DNA of 64,000 bases, from positions 51,849,299-51,913,298 of the forward strand of contig NC_068998.1 of the NCBI RefSeq assembly GCF_001194135.2. Direction: 5' to 3'. This DNA comes from Octopus bimaculoides. Taxonomy: Eukaryota. A model generated the notes under the pieces. It was not told where the DNA came from, searched no databases, and was given only the letters and a program-made list of their open reading frames with translations. Shown here piece after piece: positions 1 to 13,352 of this stretch. The position numbers and the translations under genes were made by a program. Numbering within the stretch: position 1 is the stretch's first letter; every line of letters starts with the position of its first letter.

Positions 1-299
1 TGTTAACACTCACACCTTCAATAAATGGCGTGGATATAAAAATGTCAGTTAGAAATGGAAACTAAGATTAAATAAATATAGTGTGTGTGTGTGAAGGAGA
101 GAGAGAGAGAGAGAGATGTATATAAAAGTAGAAGACATCAGTATTTCAGTCATACACTACCACACAAAGCATTGTTATGAACATTTGCCAAATCAACCGC
201 TGCCATGCTATAGAGGCACTTCATCTGTTGCTTCTTCCATCTTTATTTTGAGGGAGTTAATGACAATCATGATGAATTTACTAATGGCACCAGTGATTT

Positions 300-2000
300 T
301 TATTGCCACCAATTCAGAGAGATATGCATCTGGCTATGGTCCATTATCTCTTATATGTTTTAATCTTTTATCACAGCATTCAATGAGCATAGCCTCGGAG
401 ATGTTCTTGCCAGCCTAAGTTTTAGTGACCTTAGCATCCCTGACGCAAAACAAATAGAAAACAGGCATTTGCTATTGCTATGGTCCAGTCCAATGAGCTC
501 TAAGATCACCAATATTCCTTTATAAATTATTTCAGTATCCAGAGAGCATCTCCTACACTGAAGGGGCATCAACTCTAACACATCTACACTTTGATATTTA
601 TCACTTGTCTGGGCGCATGTAAAGAGCCATACTAACTTGGAAGATACCACTATCTAAGCTTGGCACCAATCTTGGGCCCCAGAAAGAACTGAGTAAGGCA
701 TTGCTACATGGAACTTGTCCATCTGTTACAATTATGAAAGATATGGATTTTTTTTCTTCTTGTCTACAAACACATAATACATATGTTTCTCAAATGTTGC
801 CTCACCCCAGTCATATCACCAAAATAAATTATCTCCTCTAAAACAAGCAGTATATGGTATATGGATGAGGAAATGTATCATTCTCAGGCCTCCTTCCCAT
901 ACTGCATAATAGCATATCTGGTAACTGCCCACAAACTTTCAATCACAAAGCCCAGCTGATTTGGTTGTATCACAGACTGAAGTTTAAATTTGACAGTGCA
1001 ATGCAGAATGCTGCATGCTTGAAAGTGTTGCCTACAGAGGTGAATCTTTATCCACCATCTTTATAATGTAATACAGTTTGTGCTGTTGAACAGAATGTTT
1101 CCCAACTGTACGCATGGATCTTGTCAACAAGTACCGGCTTCACGAATTGGTGTTGTAGCCTCCAGTAGTTTTGTACCTGACTCATTTTATTGATTATGGA
1201 CCCAAGTTTTTCAGAGAGCAAGACTTAAAGTTGTTAGGGACAACAGCAGATCAAGAGTTAGTTTGTTGAGTTCATCACTTTGAGGATAACAGATTCAATC
1301 ATGCATTTGAATATCTGATCTGACTTAAATGAGTGGTTGTGCAGTATAAACCTGTTCCACATGACATCCCATCTGTATGTTTCATTTGCAAGATCAGCAA
1401 GCATGTTGCTTGATGAGATTCTTGTCATAGCTTCTTTGATGATAAAAATCAACAAACTCACTGTCTACTTGCAGATGATGTAGTTGTTTTCTTTTATCAA
1501 ACACAGTGATTGGATTACTTTCTGTGAGCGTCCACTTAGCTGAGATAAACACACCAGTTGTGACATAGTTATTGATTTTTTTACTTGATGTTTGCGGTTA
1601 GGTTGTCATTTCCCTTGTCTTCATTGTATTGTTTAAGTGCCACTAATGTGAAGTAGGCAAATTTTAACCATTTCATATCATTATTATCGAGTACATTTGA
1701 TAAAATGGTAAGTAGCCATCGATTCACTTGACTAGCTCTCTTTGGGACACTGGATATAGGTTGATTCATACAGCATGAAGATTTCTATCTTTCCCAGTAT
1801 GCTTCTGCTCCGAGAATATTGAGATTCTCACTGACGTTGATGGGAGCAGTTTATATTGCACACCTATAAATGTAATACAACCATATTGACAATTTCAATG
1901 ATGACAATAGATGTAAGCTTACCTGAGTCAAGTGATACTATCTATTGTAAAGTCTGTCCATCTTATGATTAACTTCCATTTCCTATACTTGTACTAAAGG
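300..2000 (-). mobile_element. Possible highly decayed Helitron (RepHel) relic
   Basis: Manual minus-strand translation with frameshifts gives collinear fragments resembling Helitron Rep: SCCM..PKRA, IDGYLPFY, DNNDMKW, KQY..KGND, INNYVT..FISA.W, MLADLANETYRWD..WNR. Confidence 0.4.
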
Positions 2001-2875
2001 TTGATGCTCTGACAGGCATTCCATTTTGATTGGCTAACATTAGTGTGACATAGTTGTATGTGGTCTGACTGTGGTTGGGAGGAGATCATTGTTATAAATG
2101 TTAGGTGAATGGGGTTTGGGGGATGGGAGCTGTGGCAGATTGTTATTTTTCATTTTGTTTTATATATATTTCACATGAACAATAGTTTCTATTCAGTTTT
2201 CTAACATATTACTAAATTGTATAGATACCTCACTATAAAATGTGACTCACATATATCCAGAAAACTGATATCCCTACTACTACTACTATTGTCTGTGTAT
2301 CAAATATGCTATGATGGGCAATGACACAAGAGCTTTGCCATTGGTTATGTTGCTGCTGCTACTGCTGCTACTACTACTACTGTTTCTGATCTACCAAATA
2401 TATTAATCTTTCATTAGTTGTTTACAATTGTTATTTTAGATTTTCTTTTATAGTAAGCGTGTGATTTGGTTTCAACTCCTGCTTGAAGTTGTTCTCTTCT
2501 TCTGCTTACTTCATAACTGACTTCAAAGATAAAATGTATCTCTCAATTTACTACTTTTCTGACCACCAAAAACTTCTGGCTCTTCTAAATGCTATGATTT
2601 AATTCTTCTTATTTATTTTGTTCCAAACTAATATATCTACAAACTCCAACCATTGTCACCATCTTAACAGATAATCTTGTCCGATAGGTCTCAGAGAAGG
2701 TGGATTGTTCTCTCTTACATAACACCACTGTTACAAATTAAGGCTATTCACAACGTTAGTGATGCTAAAGGAAGAAAGATTCGTACACATGCATCTTATA
2801 TAAATAGAATTACTTAAGAACTGTAGACAACAAACTTCCTACTGTGCATTCCTTTGAAATTATTTGCCGCTGGTG

Positions 2876-2910
2876 CCATGTTTTGGATAGATCCATGTTT
2901 TGGATAGATC
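2876..2910. repeat. 17-bp tandem duplication (ccatgttttggatagat x2)
   Basis: Two adjacent identical copies read directly. Confidence 0.9.
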
Positions 2911-3017
2911 TGGTTTCTTCTGTGATGGCACTCATGACTATTTACCAGAAATGAACTGGCTTAACAATGGACTATTTCTTGAACTTTCCAAACATAAACT
3001 AATTCTGTTATCGAAGG

Positions 3018-3425
3018 TGCGGCCATGAATTTTCTGGTTTAGATCTTCACTTCCAAGTCCCATAGTTCCAGATTCAGTCCTACTTTATGGCACCTTGGCA
3101 AGTGTCTTTTACTATAGCCTCAGACCGACAAAAATCTTCTGAGTGGATTTGGTGAATAGAAACTGAGAGAAGCCTGTCATACATATATAAACAGACACAC
3201 ACACAAACATATGTATGTGTGTTTGCGTCTCCTTGTTTTGACATCATGTGATAGTTGTAAGCAAGTGTCACTGTCATACAAGTTGCCAGTCTTGTTTGGA
3301 AACATGTCCAGCCAATCAGAAAAGCAGAAAAACATCTTACCTGAAAACAGGGAAGGGTGGGTGTTTAGAGAGGCATCCAGCTGTAGAAAATTTACATTAC
3401 AAATTTTGGCCACTTAATGCAAGCA
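3018..3425 (+). mobile_element. Composite tRNA-derived SINE (CORE-type) with CA spacer and LINE-like 3' part
   Basis: ttcagtcc..ggcaccttggcaagtgtctt..gagtggatttggt head shared with many copies in the window; followed by the ggcatccagctgtagaaa..tgcaagcatagaaaag tail. Confidence 0.8.
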
Positions 3426-3583
3426 TAGAAAAGTGAACCTTTGAGAAATGCTAGACTAATTCTTTCCCTTTTGTACAGACTGTTAAGGCAGTCTGTTACA
3501 GTAGGCTATTTGGCTCCCACATTATTACCTTTATTCATCAGACAGTGTACCACCAGTTTTATTGGGACCATTTTAATTGTAAG

Positions 3584-4457
3584 TCTGGGTACAGGACATT
3601 GCAAACAAAACGTAGACAAGAAAATAATAATAACCAGAGTACAGAAAACACACAAGCCACATAGAGAACATTTTCCTTCATTAGCTACCCCCATTTTAAC
3701 ACTGGCGTTTCGAAGAGTTGGGCAGGACGCATCGTTAAAATGGCTCTTCCTATGGACCGCAAATTAAATTTGTATACACAAATTAAACCTGTGCCATGGA
3801 GGAATGTCGTGGCGGACAAAAAACAAGACAGGAAAACAAACGGAAAAGAAAATAAGACAGGAAAACAAACGGAAAAGGCTATGCGGCCAGGCGTGAAAAA
3901 CTATGTGTATATGAACGCTGTGAGGCACGAACTGAAAAAGACGGGACTAAGTAAGTTCGCGTGTTTGCTCAGCGATAGACAAGGAAGAAAAGGATTAGTG
4001 ACCGGAAGCATGTGACCAGGGAGGGGTAAGGAAGAGAGAGAGAGTGGTAGAGGGAGAAACAAGGGGAGGAAGTAGAAGAATAGGTGAGCGACGAGAGGAA
4101 GAGAGAAATATAGTAGTAACAGAAGGAAGAACGAGAGGGGAAAGAGAGAGATATAGTAGTAACAGAAGGAAGAACGAGAGGGGTAAATAGAGATACGTAG
4201 TAGTAACAGAGGAAGAACGAGAGGGGGGAAAAGTGATAGAGAAAGAGATAGTCGCATCAGAAAATATAAAGTTGAAAAAACTACTTACAACAGGGATGAC
4301 GCAGGCGTTCGATCACGTAAAACAAATAATAAATGAGTATATGCATATATATGTACAGGTATGTGCATACCTACGTCTTCCTGTGTATATAGGTGCATAT
4401 CTGGGTACAGGACATTGCAAACAAAACGTAGACAAGAAAATAATAATAACCAGAGTA
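3584..4457. mobile_element. Young non-autonomous element bounded by 58-bp identical direct repeats (Penelope-like by inference)
   Basis: tctgggtacaggacattgc..ccagagta at 3584-3641 and 4400-4457. Interior is CpG-rich, with a 23-bp duplication and three ~40-bp units; no convincing ORF. Confidence 0.65.
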
Positions 4458-7400
4458 TATATATGTAATATTTTTTTAAACTGCTTCAGAAAATACAAAT
4501 ATATATAATTAAGAGTTGAAATGTTTATTGACCAAAATATAAACTTTAAGAAAATTGTTATTATATTCTAAAATATAAAATAGCTGTTCCAAACTATTTT
4601 ATTAAAAGATGCTTATCATTTTCAAAGGTTAGTTTGTTAGTAATGTCTAAACAATTGTTATATAAATTCATATTCTTATTGAAGGGATTTCTGTTGAATA
4701 ACGTTTTTTCTTACATTAAATATCTGATTTAGTTTTCTTCTCTTCATCATACATATAATTAGTAATGATCTAAAGCAGTGAATAACAGTGCTGAGTTTTC
4801 ACTGTGAAAAGATTTATGTCTATATAAAATGAAACAAAGAAAAGCATGTAAAATTAATTAAAAGTTTCAACATATTTTGTGCTTTGTATTAGGTTTATTG
4901 AAGCACAGATGTTTGCCATTAAAATTTCATCTTAATTACATCGTTTTTACATACTATTTCCATGCTATACAAGAACATCAGAAGAATTATTTTAAGACAT
5001 ATATTTTCTTTATCATTAACAATATTATTATAATTATAATCATCTACAACCTTTTTAGTTTCCAATTTCCCATGGGTTTGATAAGTTTGCAATATAGCAA
5101 ATTACAATGTGCTGTGATTCTGTATCATCTCACCTATGAAGTTCAATATCCTGTGTTGTTCAAATCTTCTAGTATCAATAAATGAGACTTTTCCCCACCA
5201 AGAACACCTATATTACACCACAAGTCTATAGCAGTGCAGTCCTCTTGTATGCTCACATGCTTATGTGTTGCCTTTTCCCGAGTAAAATAGAGTGGAGGTT
5301 ATGGTTTTGTGACAAGAAACAAGCAGCATCCGTGATCATGGTCTTCATAACTTTTCAATGACTGGGGAGATTGGTTATGGCTGATGTCTAGTTTTAACAT
5401 TTTATATAGAAGTAAATGCCTCAAAAAAATGTATTGACAGAAAGAAAATTTTAGATAGTTGGTATTCCAGGACACATCTAGCAGCTTATACCCTATGCAT
5501 TTTTCTCTGGCATTTTCATGTTTTCCAATCAACCAATCATTACATTCCTTACATGAGCCATTGAGAGAACCGGTATGTGGTGAGTCAGTCTGCTAGAAAT
5601 AGTAGCCAAACTTTTCTCAAATTCCACTTAATGACTCACTATGCCTGAAACAAAAAGTGGAATACTCATGACTGTAATAACTTTGATAGATCTGCTTGAT
5701 TAAAGTTGACTTTAGGAGTGAAGGGGTTTAAAAACAATATTCATGCAATGCCTTTTCTATGAAGAAGGCAAAAATCTATGTTGTGAAAGTTCCCAGCACT
5801 TTCTCCACTCTCATCTTACTTTAGTCATTATATTTTTTTATAATCAATCTCAGTATCAATTAGGTTATGTAGTTAACACAGGCAAGTGACTTCATGTCAT
5901 GATCTATCTTGATAGTCCTCAAGTTTCATTTGAAAGTTAGGGTGTTCCTATTGCTAATTATTCTGTGCATGTTTTGCAGTCGCAATTCTGGTTCACTGAC
6001 AATCTGCTAGAAACATGACATTTTATGAACTTATAATCAGAATCGACTACAGAGTATTGCATGCTTATCTACTTTAATTCTGCGAGTCATGGGAAAGCAC
6101 ACTTCTAAGATATCAAAGAAATTTTCTGATCTCATTTACTTTAGTCCTTGCCATGTTGTTCTTTGGATTCCAGACCATTCTTCTTACTTTAGAATCCTAC
6201 TTTTTTTTTTATTTGTCTTTTTTTTTTTTTTTTTTTTTTTTGCTTAATCTTGTAAACGAATTCAAGCCTTCAATAGATACAAGTTACAAAGGTCACCCAG
6301 TCTTGAAATTCTGCAAAACTGCCTCAATAACACTTCATAGGCTAAATACCTCACTGAAATCTCAGCTCTGTATAACAGATATGAAACAGAATTTATTCTT
6401 AGCGAAGAACTTACAGTTGTCACATCATCAAAAATTACTTTTGGGCTATGACTTGAAAATTATTTCTGGAGTGAAAGAACTGTAGAATTCTGTGTTCCTT
6501 CAGTTAAGAGTAGGATGAGATTTGAGGAAAATCTTACTGCTAATTTTAGCAGGTCAACTAACTATGTAGAGGGACCTTCACTGTTTCATGTATTACATTA
6601 CTAAATAATAAGCAAGGTGCATATTTCTGAGTAAAAGTTGCATTTTCTAGAAAGCAATTCTGTAGAGAGTAAAAATTTTCTTTGAATTATTTTATGTATT
6701 TATTTATTTGCAAGGAGCTTTCATGACTGAATCACATAAATAAATATCTGGGAGTTAAAATACTCTTCATACACAATAAAATAGTGTGTTCTAAGATACA
6801 TCTTTCACATTTGAATGGATACTATGTTTTCTTCCAAGTGGTATGATAACAATGACATTTGATTAACATGTAATTCATTCATAGATAATATTTTATTCTT
6901 TGTTATTTATAAGTCACATCCCTAATTTAGTGTTGATACAAAATATTTTTCTCTTCAAACTTGCCCTGTGTATAAGTCACAACTCTGTTTTCTCATTAAA
7001 AATCAAGTTTAAAATAAGGCATCTTATACATAAATAAATACAGTAATTTTTCGCCATGATGTTTTAAACCTTAAGATTTTTTATTCTGAAAAAATTGTAA
7101 TATTTAAAAAAAACATTTATTTGATATACATTTACAGTATTCATTAATCAAGTTGATCATGAATTTGAAACCAATATTGGGTTTTTTTTTCTTTCTCTTT
7201 TTCAATCATTTTTCAAGAATTTGTCAATCTAAGTATCTAACGAATATACAAGAGTTGATTAATATGTTGTAGGAATAGTAACAATGGTCTAAATATAATC
7301 CTTTCAGTACCCATAATTGACATATTTCTTCTTCAAATCTAATCTCAACTATATTGACACATATGACTTGAAGTAGAAATTAACAAGACACAAATGCCAA

Positions 7401-7623
7401 TATTCTAATAGAATGTTATTAACTGTCCAGAAGTTTCAGAGATTAAGACAATACCATCAAACTGATTATAGGGATGAGGCTTTTGATGGTTGTATCGATT
7501 AAAGCAAGTAAACTGGGAAAATAATTAAAGTCAGCCCAAAATTGTATTTATTATCAAGCAAGCTTCCTTAAACGTTAACAATATTTTGGGGTGAGGCAAA
7601 AATATATAGAATAATAATTGTTA

Positions 7624-7640
7624 TTCAAAGTAATAAGCCC

Positions 7641-7681
<41 letters not shown>

Positions 7682-7890
7682 GCGTGTGCGTGTGTGTCCA
7701 TGTGCATTCACTTTTGTGTGTATCCACCTACCACTGCTTGACAACCGGTGTTAGTTTGTTTATGTCCCTATAACTTAACAGTTCAGCATGCATAAACATT
7801 AGTACTGGGGCTTACTAGTTCGAGTTAACTCTTCAAGGCAGTGCCTCAGGATGGTTGCAGTCCAATGACTAAAAGAAGTAAATGCTAAAA
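7624..7890 (+). mobile_element. (TG)n/(CGTGTG)n tract plus 3' half of CORE-type SINE
   Basis: gcttgacaaccggtgtt..cttcaaggcagtgcc..cagtccaatgact tail, shared with 42185, 62230 and, inverted, 41195 and 63730. Confidence 0.75.
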
Positions 7891-10549
7891 GATAACTGAA
7901 AAATGGTATTTAAATCTGTATATATTCAAAAACATTCCAAACATGGCCATTTCAATTTTTTTAAAAAGCATATATTTTTTAGACTACAGTATCTCATCTG
8001 GCGTTGTAAGACAGCAGCTTGTGATTTGAGAGGAATTTCATCGTTATTTCTAGCATTTTCAGTAACCATGTAAAGGTTCCTTCATTGACTCACAGTGAAC
8101 AATGCTTTATTAAACTACGTAATACATCTATCACTTTTCTTGTAATGCCTCACATGTATTGAATGTCTTCTCTCTAAATCGCAAAAGTATAGCAAAAATA
8201 TAATGATTCATCTTTTATTCATTTTGCTGTCACCACTTTTTCTTTCTCGTCATGTATCAAAGTGTATTATTTTGCTAATGATTAAAGTTATGCAGCCTTT
8301 TAAAGAAAAACTTTTAAAAGTTTAGAACAAATTTTGAAATTCATTGAAAAGAATCGATATTGGAATGTCTGGTTGTGTTTGTCATTGAGGATAGCAAATT
8401 AGGTCCAATAACATTAGGTCTAACAATGTTCCAACTACATTCTGAGCAAATCATTTGTATTTTAACACACAAGTCTCTTTGAGACAACATACAACTGCTA
8501 ATGCCATTTTATGTTTGTGTATTCATTATATAAGCCGTATACATCATTATTACTTTGTTTTTATTTACTGGTTTCAGTGATTGGACTATAAAGTCAATTA
8601 TCTTGATCTTGATGCTCTACCTGGTACTTATTTTATCTATCTCTTAAGAGTCAAAAGCAGGTGGACCTAAGTTAAAAGGAATACGATTCAGTTGGATCTA
8701 AGTACCTCAGTTGTATTATGTTGGCTTCATTGATTTTATTCATCCATGCTAATATATACATTCACATGCAGACACGTATTCACACACACACATATGAAGA
8801 TCTTGTACACAGTTTTCTTTTCAGCAATTGAAATGGCTTTGGTCAACTTGAGGCGTTGGGAGACACCTGCTCACTGGTAATTTCCTTATTGTGAAAATCA
8901 AATGGAGAAATATAATATTTTTAAGCAGCTTTTTTCTTTTGTTTCTTAAATTATCATTTAGAGCTTAGGAAATGGAAATAACATTTTAATAATCCATCAA
9001 TTTTCTAATTGTATTTCCATGAGGAGATGTTTACTTCCTCAGTATAAATTCAATTAATATAGGAAGCATGGAGTTACATAATCGAAGATAGAATTTCACT
9101 TTTAATTCAGTTTTTTATTTTTAATCCTTATAATTTTTTTTTCTGTCTTTTCTTAACCCAACATCAGCATATATAGGTAGTCATTTCTTTTTCATTCTAC
9201 CAAATACTGAGATATAAAAGAACGACTGTAGATTTAGAACAGCAAAAAAGCACAAATGGAAATTTAATTATTAATTATACTGCTATACCCCAGCAGCTAC
9301 CAACATAGTCAAGCTGAATAAAAATGTAATACATGTTGGAGTACATTTTAAACAGTCTTTTCATAACTAATAACTCTACAAAACTTATCTTTCTATAGTA
9401 TTATCATTTTCTTGAAAAAATCTAAAGCCAATAAGAGCTTGATTTACTTAAGCCCTTCACTGCTTTTGGAGCACAGACCATCAAAAACTTTCCTCCACTG
9501 TTCACAACTCAAGGTTTTCTTTTCAGTTGGATCCTTGTTTTCTTTTCTGCTTTGCTTCAATATCCTGCCTCCCTCAAAATAGATCTTTCTCTCCCAGGTC
9601 TTGTTATTTTAAAATTATTATTGAGGTTTCTGTAATTTTGCTATTTTCAAGGTAGGGACGTTGGCCCTACACAAACCCTTTATTACCTAAGAGAGAGTTG
9701 GTCCAGATTAGTTTGACCTCTAACTTTTAACTGGTCTAGCTTGGAAGTTCTTACCAGGAGCTTCTGCTCTGCTGGCACAGTTCTCAGGGTCATTGAGACA
9801 TACAAACCAAAACACTGCTATAAGGACTAAACCTTGTGGAATTTAGAGACAGGGTTGTGAACAATGAACTCATTGTAAAATGTATTTAGGAAGAAATAAT
9901 AATATTAACTGTACCACATTTGTTGTAATCAAAATGAATATTTCCTAATCTTGAAACTCATCTTCAGAAGTGAATCATCAGAAACGAAATGTTCTCCTCA
10001 GTTTGGTATTTATTTCTGATGCCAAGAAAGATCTTATCAACTAAACTTGCTCACACCTCCTTGTTATCTGTTTAATTGAAGAATAAAATACATTTAAAAA
10101 AAAAACTTCTTAAGGTATGCAAATATGTTGTCTTTAATTTCTCTTTACTAAATTAATCTTCAACATCTGTTCTAACATTTCTTGCTTGAACTGAGGGAGC
10201 CTCAGAAAATGGAAGGACATTAGATAAGGTAGATAGCCCCATCACCACCACCACCACCAGCAAAAAATATGGGATGGTCACGGTTGGAATGCTTTCAGTC
10301 ATAGGCCTGCTTATTCACTGTTGACCTGATGCTAAATAACAACTATACCTTAACAACTTATTCAATATTGAAAGCAAGTACCTCTGTTCTCTCCTTGACC
10401 CTCTCGTTCCCATATTTCTGTTGAAATACACGAGTATTATTTCAATGTGATAGATGGATACTGTGTGGAGGTCAATCATGTGTGTATGTATATGTGTGCA
10501 TATATGTAAGTGTGTATGTGTGTGTGTATAAACAAGTATGTGAAAGTAT

Positions 10550-10800
10550 GTATCATCATCATCATCATGAAGTTCACTTTTCCCTGCTAGCATGGATTTG
10601 ACAGAATATATTGAGGCAGATTTTCTATGGCTAGATGCCCTTCCTGTTGCCAACCCTCATCTGTTTCCAAACATGATGTTTCCTCATGGCCAAACACGTT
10701 TCTTGCAAAACACTGGAAATGAATGACACTGCTTGTATAACAGTGGCAATCTTTTACAACTATCATGCAATGTCATGACAAGGGGATACACACACACACA
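10550..10800 (-). mobile_element. SINE/LINE-tail repeat ending in (ATG)n
   Basis: catcatcatc..tgctagcatgga..gatgcccttcctgttgccaacc, shared with 23365, 28520, 29225, 47180 and 53640. Confidence 0.75.
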
Positions 10801-11999
10801 CACATATGATCAATTCCTTTCATGCACATACACATGATCAACACTTACTGGGTATACATGCATCTATATACATATATATCTATGTGCATATCTTTTTTGA
10901 AGCATATCAGAGAAAAATGTGACTACTGTTGAGAAATGCAAAATCTTGGCAATTTCAATTAAAAATTTGGTGTCTTCAATTTAAAATGCCATATTTGGCA
11001 TTTGTTCTGAATGAAGTGTGCAGACAAGTCCCTGTCACTCTCACCATCATAAATAAAAGAAAATTGCAATTATTCCTTTGGAAAATGGTTGCCAATGGCA
11101 TTGTCATTCACAACACAAAAGTAGAATAAACAAACAACCTTGAAAATGTTCTGGCATGCAACATTGCAAATTCTGCAGAATCAGAATTTCTTTTTACTTC
11201 TCAATGGCAGTAACAGACACAAAATTAGCATATTTACCAAATCACCATCTTCTACGAAAAAAAGTTTGCTTGTAAAGGTTTTTGTTCAGCCATTTCAAAT
11301 CAGCATTGTTAGTTGCTGATGCTGCTTCTCCTTCTCTTCCTCCTCCTCCTCCTACCACCACTGCCACTATCTTATATCCATATCTCCACCCTGCTGAGAA
11401 TCGCATTGCACTCACTGACATGCTGTGATGAATTGTATGGGATAAAGTATCACAGTCAAGACATGTTATATGCTCTTCACTGTCCAGTCTATTTCTGGCA
11501 CCCACAGATTCTGCTGAAGTGAACTTACATACTGTATGCTATTTGATGTAAAAAAAAAATGGTATAAGTTCCTGATATACACAGACAATAACAGCTGCAT
11601 GTTTATACACACACACACACACACACATGAATTACATGTGAAAAGCTCATGAATATGACAAATTTAATTATTGTAAGGCATCTTGTCAGCTGCCAGAAAG
11701 CAGTAGGTATTGTTTCTAGTTTTTATAGCAGCCTTTTGATAGAAATATCGATAACTAATATTGACCCAAAATAAAGAAGAAAAAAAAAGCCAAGCAAATG
11801 TAGTTATTAGACTTCTGCAACAACAGAATAAATAATCTGCTTGAATAAGTCAACGACAGAGCCTTGATTTACTAGAAATAACAGCCAGATCACTTTCAAA
11901 TCACAATTTTGCATCAGATAAAAGCAAAATGCTTATTAGATGATAATGTAGTCTTAGATAACATTAGATGATGATCATTATCATTTTAACATCTGCATT

Positions 12000-12352
12000 T
12001 CCATGCTTACATGAGTCAGACAGAATTCTTTGTAATAGATCTTCCGTGGCTGGATGCCTTCCTGTTGCTAATCCTTACCCATTTCCAAATGTTTTCCTAT
12101 TGCTTGACATGTTTTTCACTGAAGATTGAAACAAATGACACTCATTTACATCCATCATGTGCTGTCGAGACAAGAACATCCAGCATACATATGTATGTAT
12201 GTACGTGTGTGTGTATCTGATGGGCTTCTTTCAGATTCCTTCTACCAAATCCACTCAAAAGTCTTTGGTAAACACTTACCCAAGGTACCACACCATAGGA
12301 CTGATCCCAAGACCTCATGATTGTGAAACTAGCTTCTTAATCACATAACCAC
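12000..12352 (-). mobile_element. Composite CORE-type SINE
   Basis: gggcttctttcag..accaaatccactca..cttcttaatcacataacc, the reverse complement of the SINE head, plus the ggatgccttcctgttgctaatc segment. Confidence 0.75.
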
Positions 12353-12859
12353 ACCTGTATTTCAGAAAACAGATTGGTCATGGCTGAAAGATCTTTGACC
12401 ATAGGTCTGCTGGATCAGAGTTGACCTAGGGCTAAACAACAATAACAAATCTTAATTAATTTCTCAGTAGTTCATTGCAGGATTTTAATATCTCAGACTA
12501 AACATTCTATTAATGTCTTAAAAATTTTGGTGTTGTTTAAAATTTACTTTCTCAGTTCAGTTCATGTAAAACAGAGAATATTGACTAAAGTTATTTTTCT
12601 CTAGTTTGGCATTATCAAGTAGCTTTTATTAATTTCTAATTTCCAGTCTTGTTTGCTTACTTAAAAGTAATTAGTACTACAAGTTTCTATTAATAATACA
12701 ATTATTATAATTAATCGAATTAGTGTTACAAAAATATTTCTTTCATCAAGTTTCTTGAATGTTTTAATGTTTAATTATGCTGTCAGTATAGCAGTTGTCT
12801 GACTAAAGATTAAACAAAATTATGAAGGTTTAATTAGTGTTTTCGATAACCAAACTATC

Positions 12860-13200
12860 ACCTTTGCTGGCAACAGAGGGCTTCTGTTTTCTGGTGAAGG
12901 TTATATTGAAGTACAATGTTACATAGGAGCGAAATATAGGCATTAAATGTGAAGAATATGCATAGGTAACAAGTGAGGTTGGTACAGTCTGGTGGATGTG
13001 TAATGTTAGTGTGCCTGAAAGAGCACAAATAAGATGGGAGGAAAAAAACTGGGTATGGAAGACAGCATGGGTACAGACAGAATGCATGTGTATGACGACA
13101 GTTGGGTAAAGGAGAGCCAAGTCAAAGGAACCTTTAGAAAGAGGAAACATATAAGAAGTAATTGTGAAAATTGGTTTCAGGATCCAAATGCTACCATAGT
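12860..13200 (-). mobile_element. Decayed CR1/L2-like LINE 3' fragment
   Basis: Purine-rich on +; minus strand resembles the LINE C-terminal region also seen at 29480-29840. Confidence 0.35.
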
Positions 13201-13289
13201 ACATGGCAAAACATTGTAATTTGAAGAAAATGTCTACCTAAACCATTAGAAAACAGGTATAAAAATGACAGCAATAATGCTAATGGGAA

Positions 13290-13352
13290 TGGTGGTGGTG
13301 GCGGTGGTGGTGGTTGTAGTGGTGTTGGTGGTGGTGGTGGCGGTGGCGGTGG
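13290..13352. repeat. (GGT/GGC)n trinucleotide repeat
   Basis: ggtggtggtggcggtggtggtgg... read directly. Confidence 0.95.

Noticed and set aside
3740-4015. 91-aa Lys-rich ORF
   Set aside because: Lies inside the direct-repeat element, includes a 23-bp duplication and has no recognisable domain.
5960-6020. Acceptor-like tgcatgttttgcag|TCG
   Set aside because: All three frames reach a stop within about 40 nt and there is no good donor.
9640-9850. caag|gtaggg AG-GT site, gtaggg/ccctac hairpin and RTE-like 5' UTR sequence
   Set aside because: AAG acceptor is weak; no HDV-like double pseudoknot could be built; probably a LINE 5' fragment.
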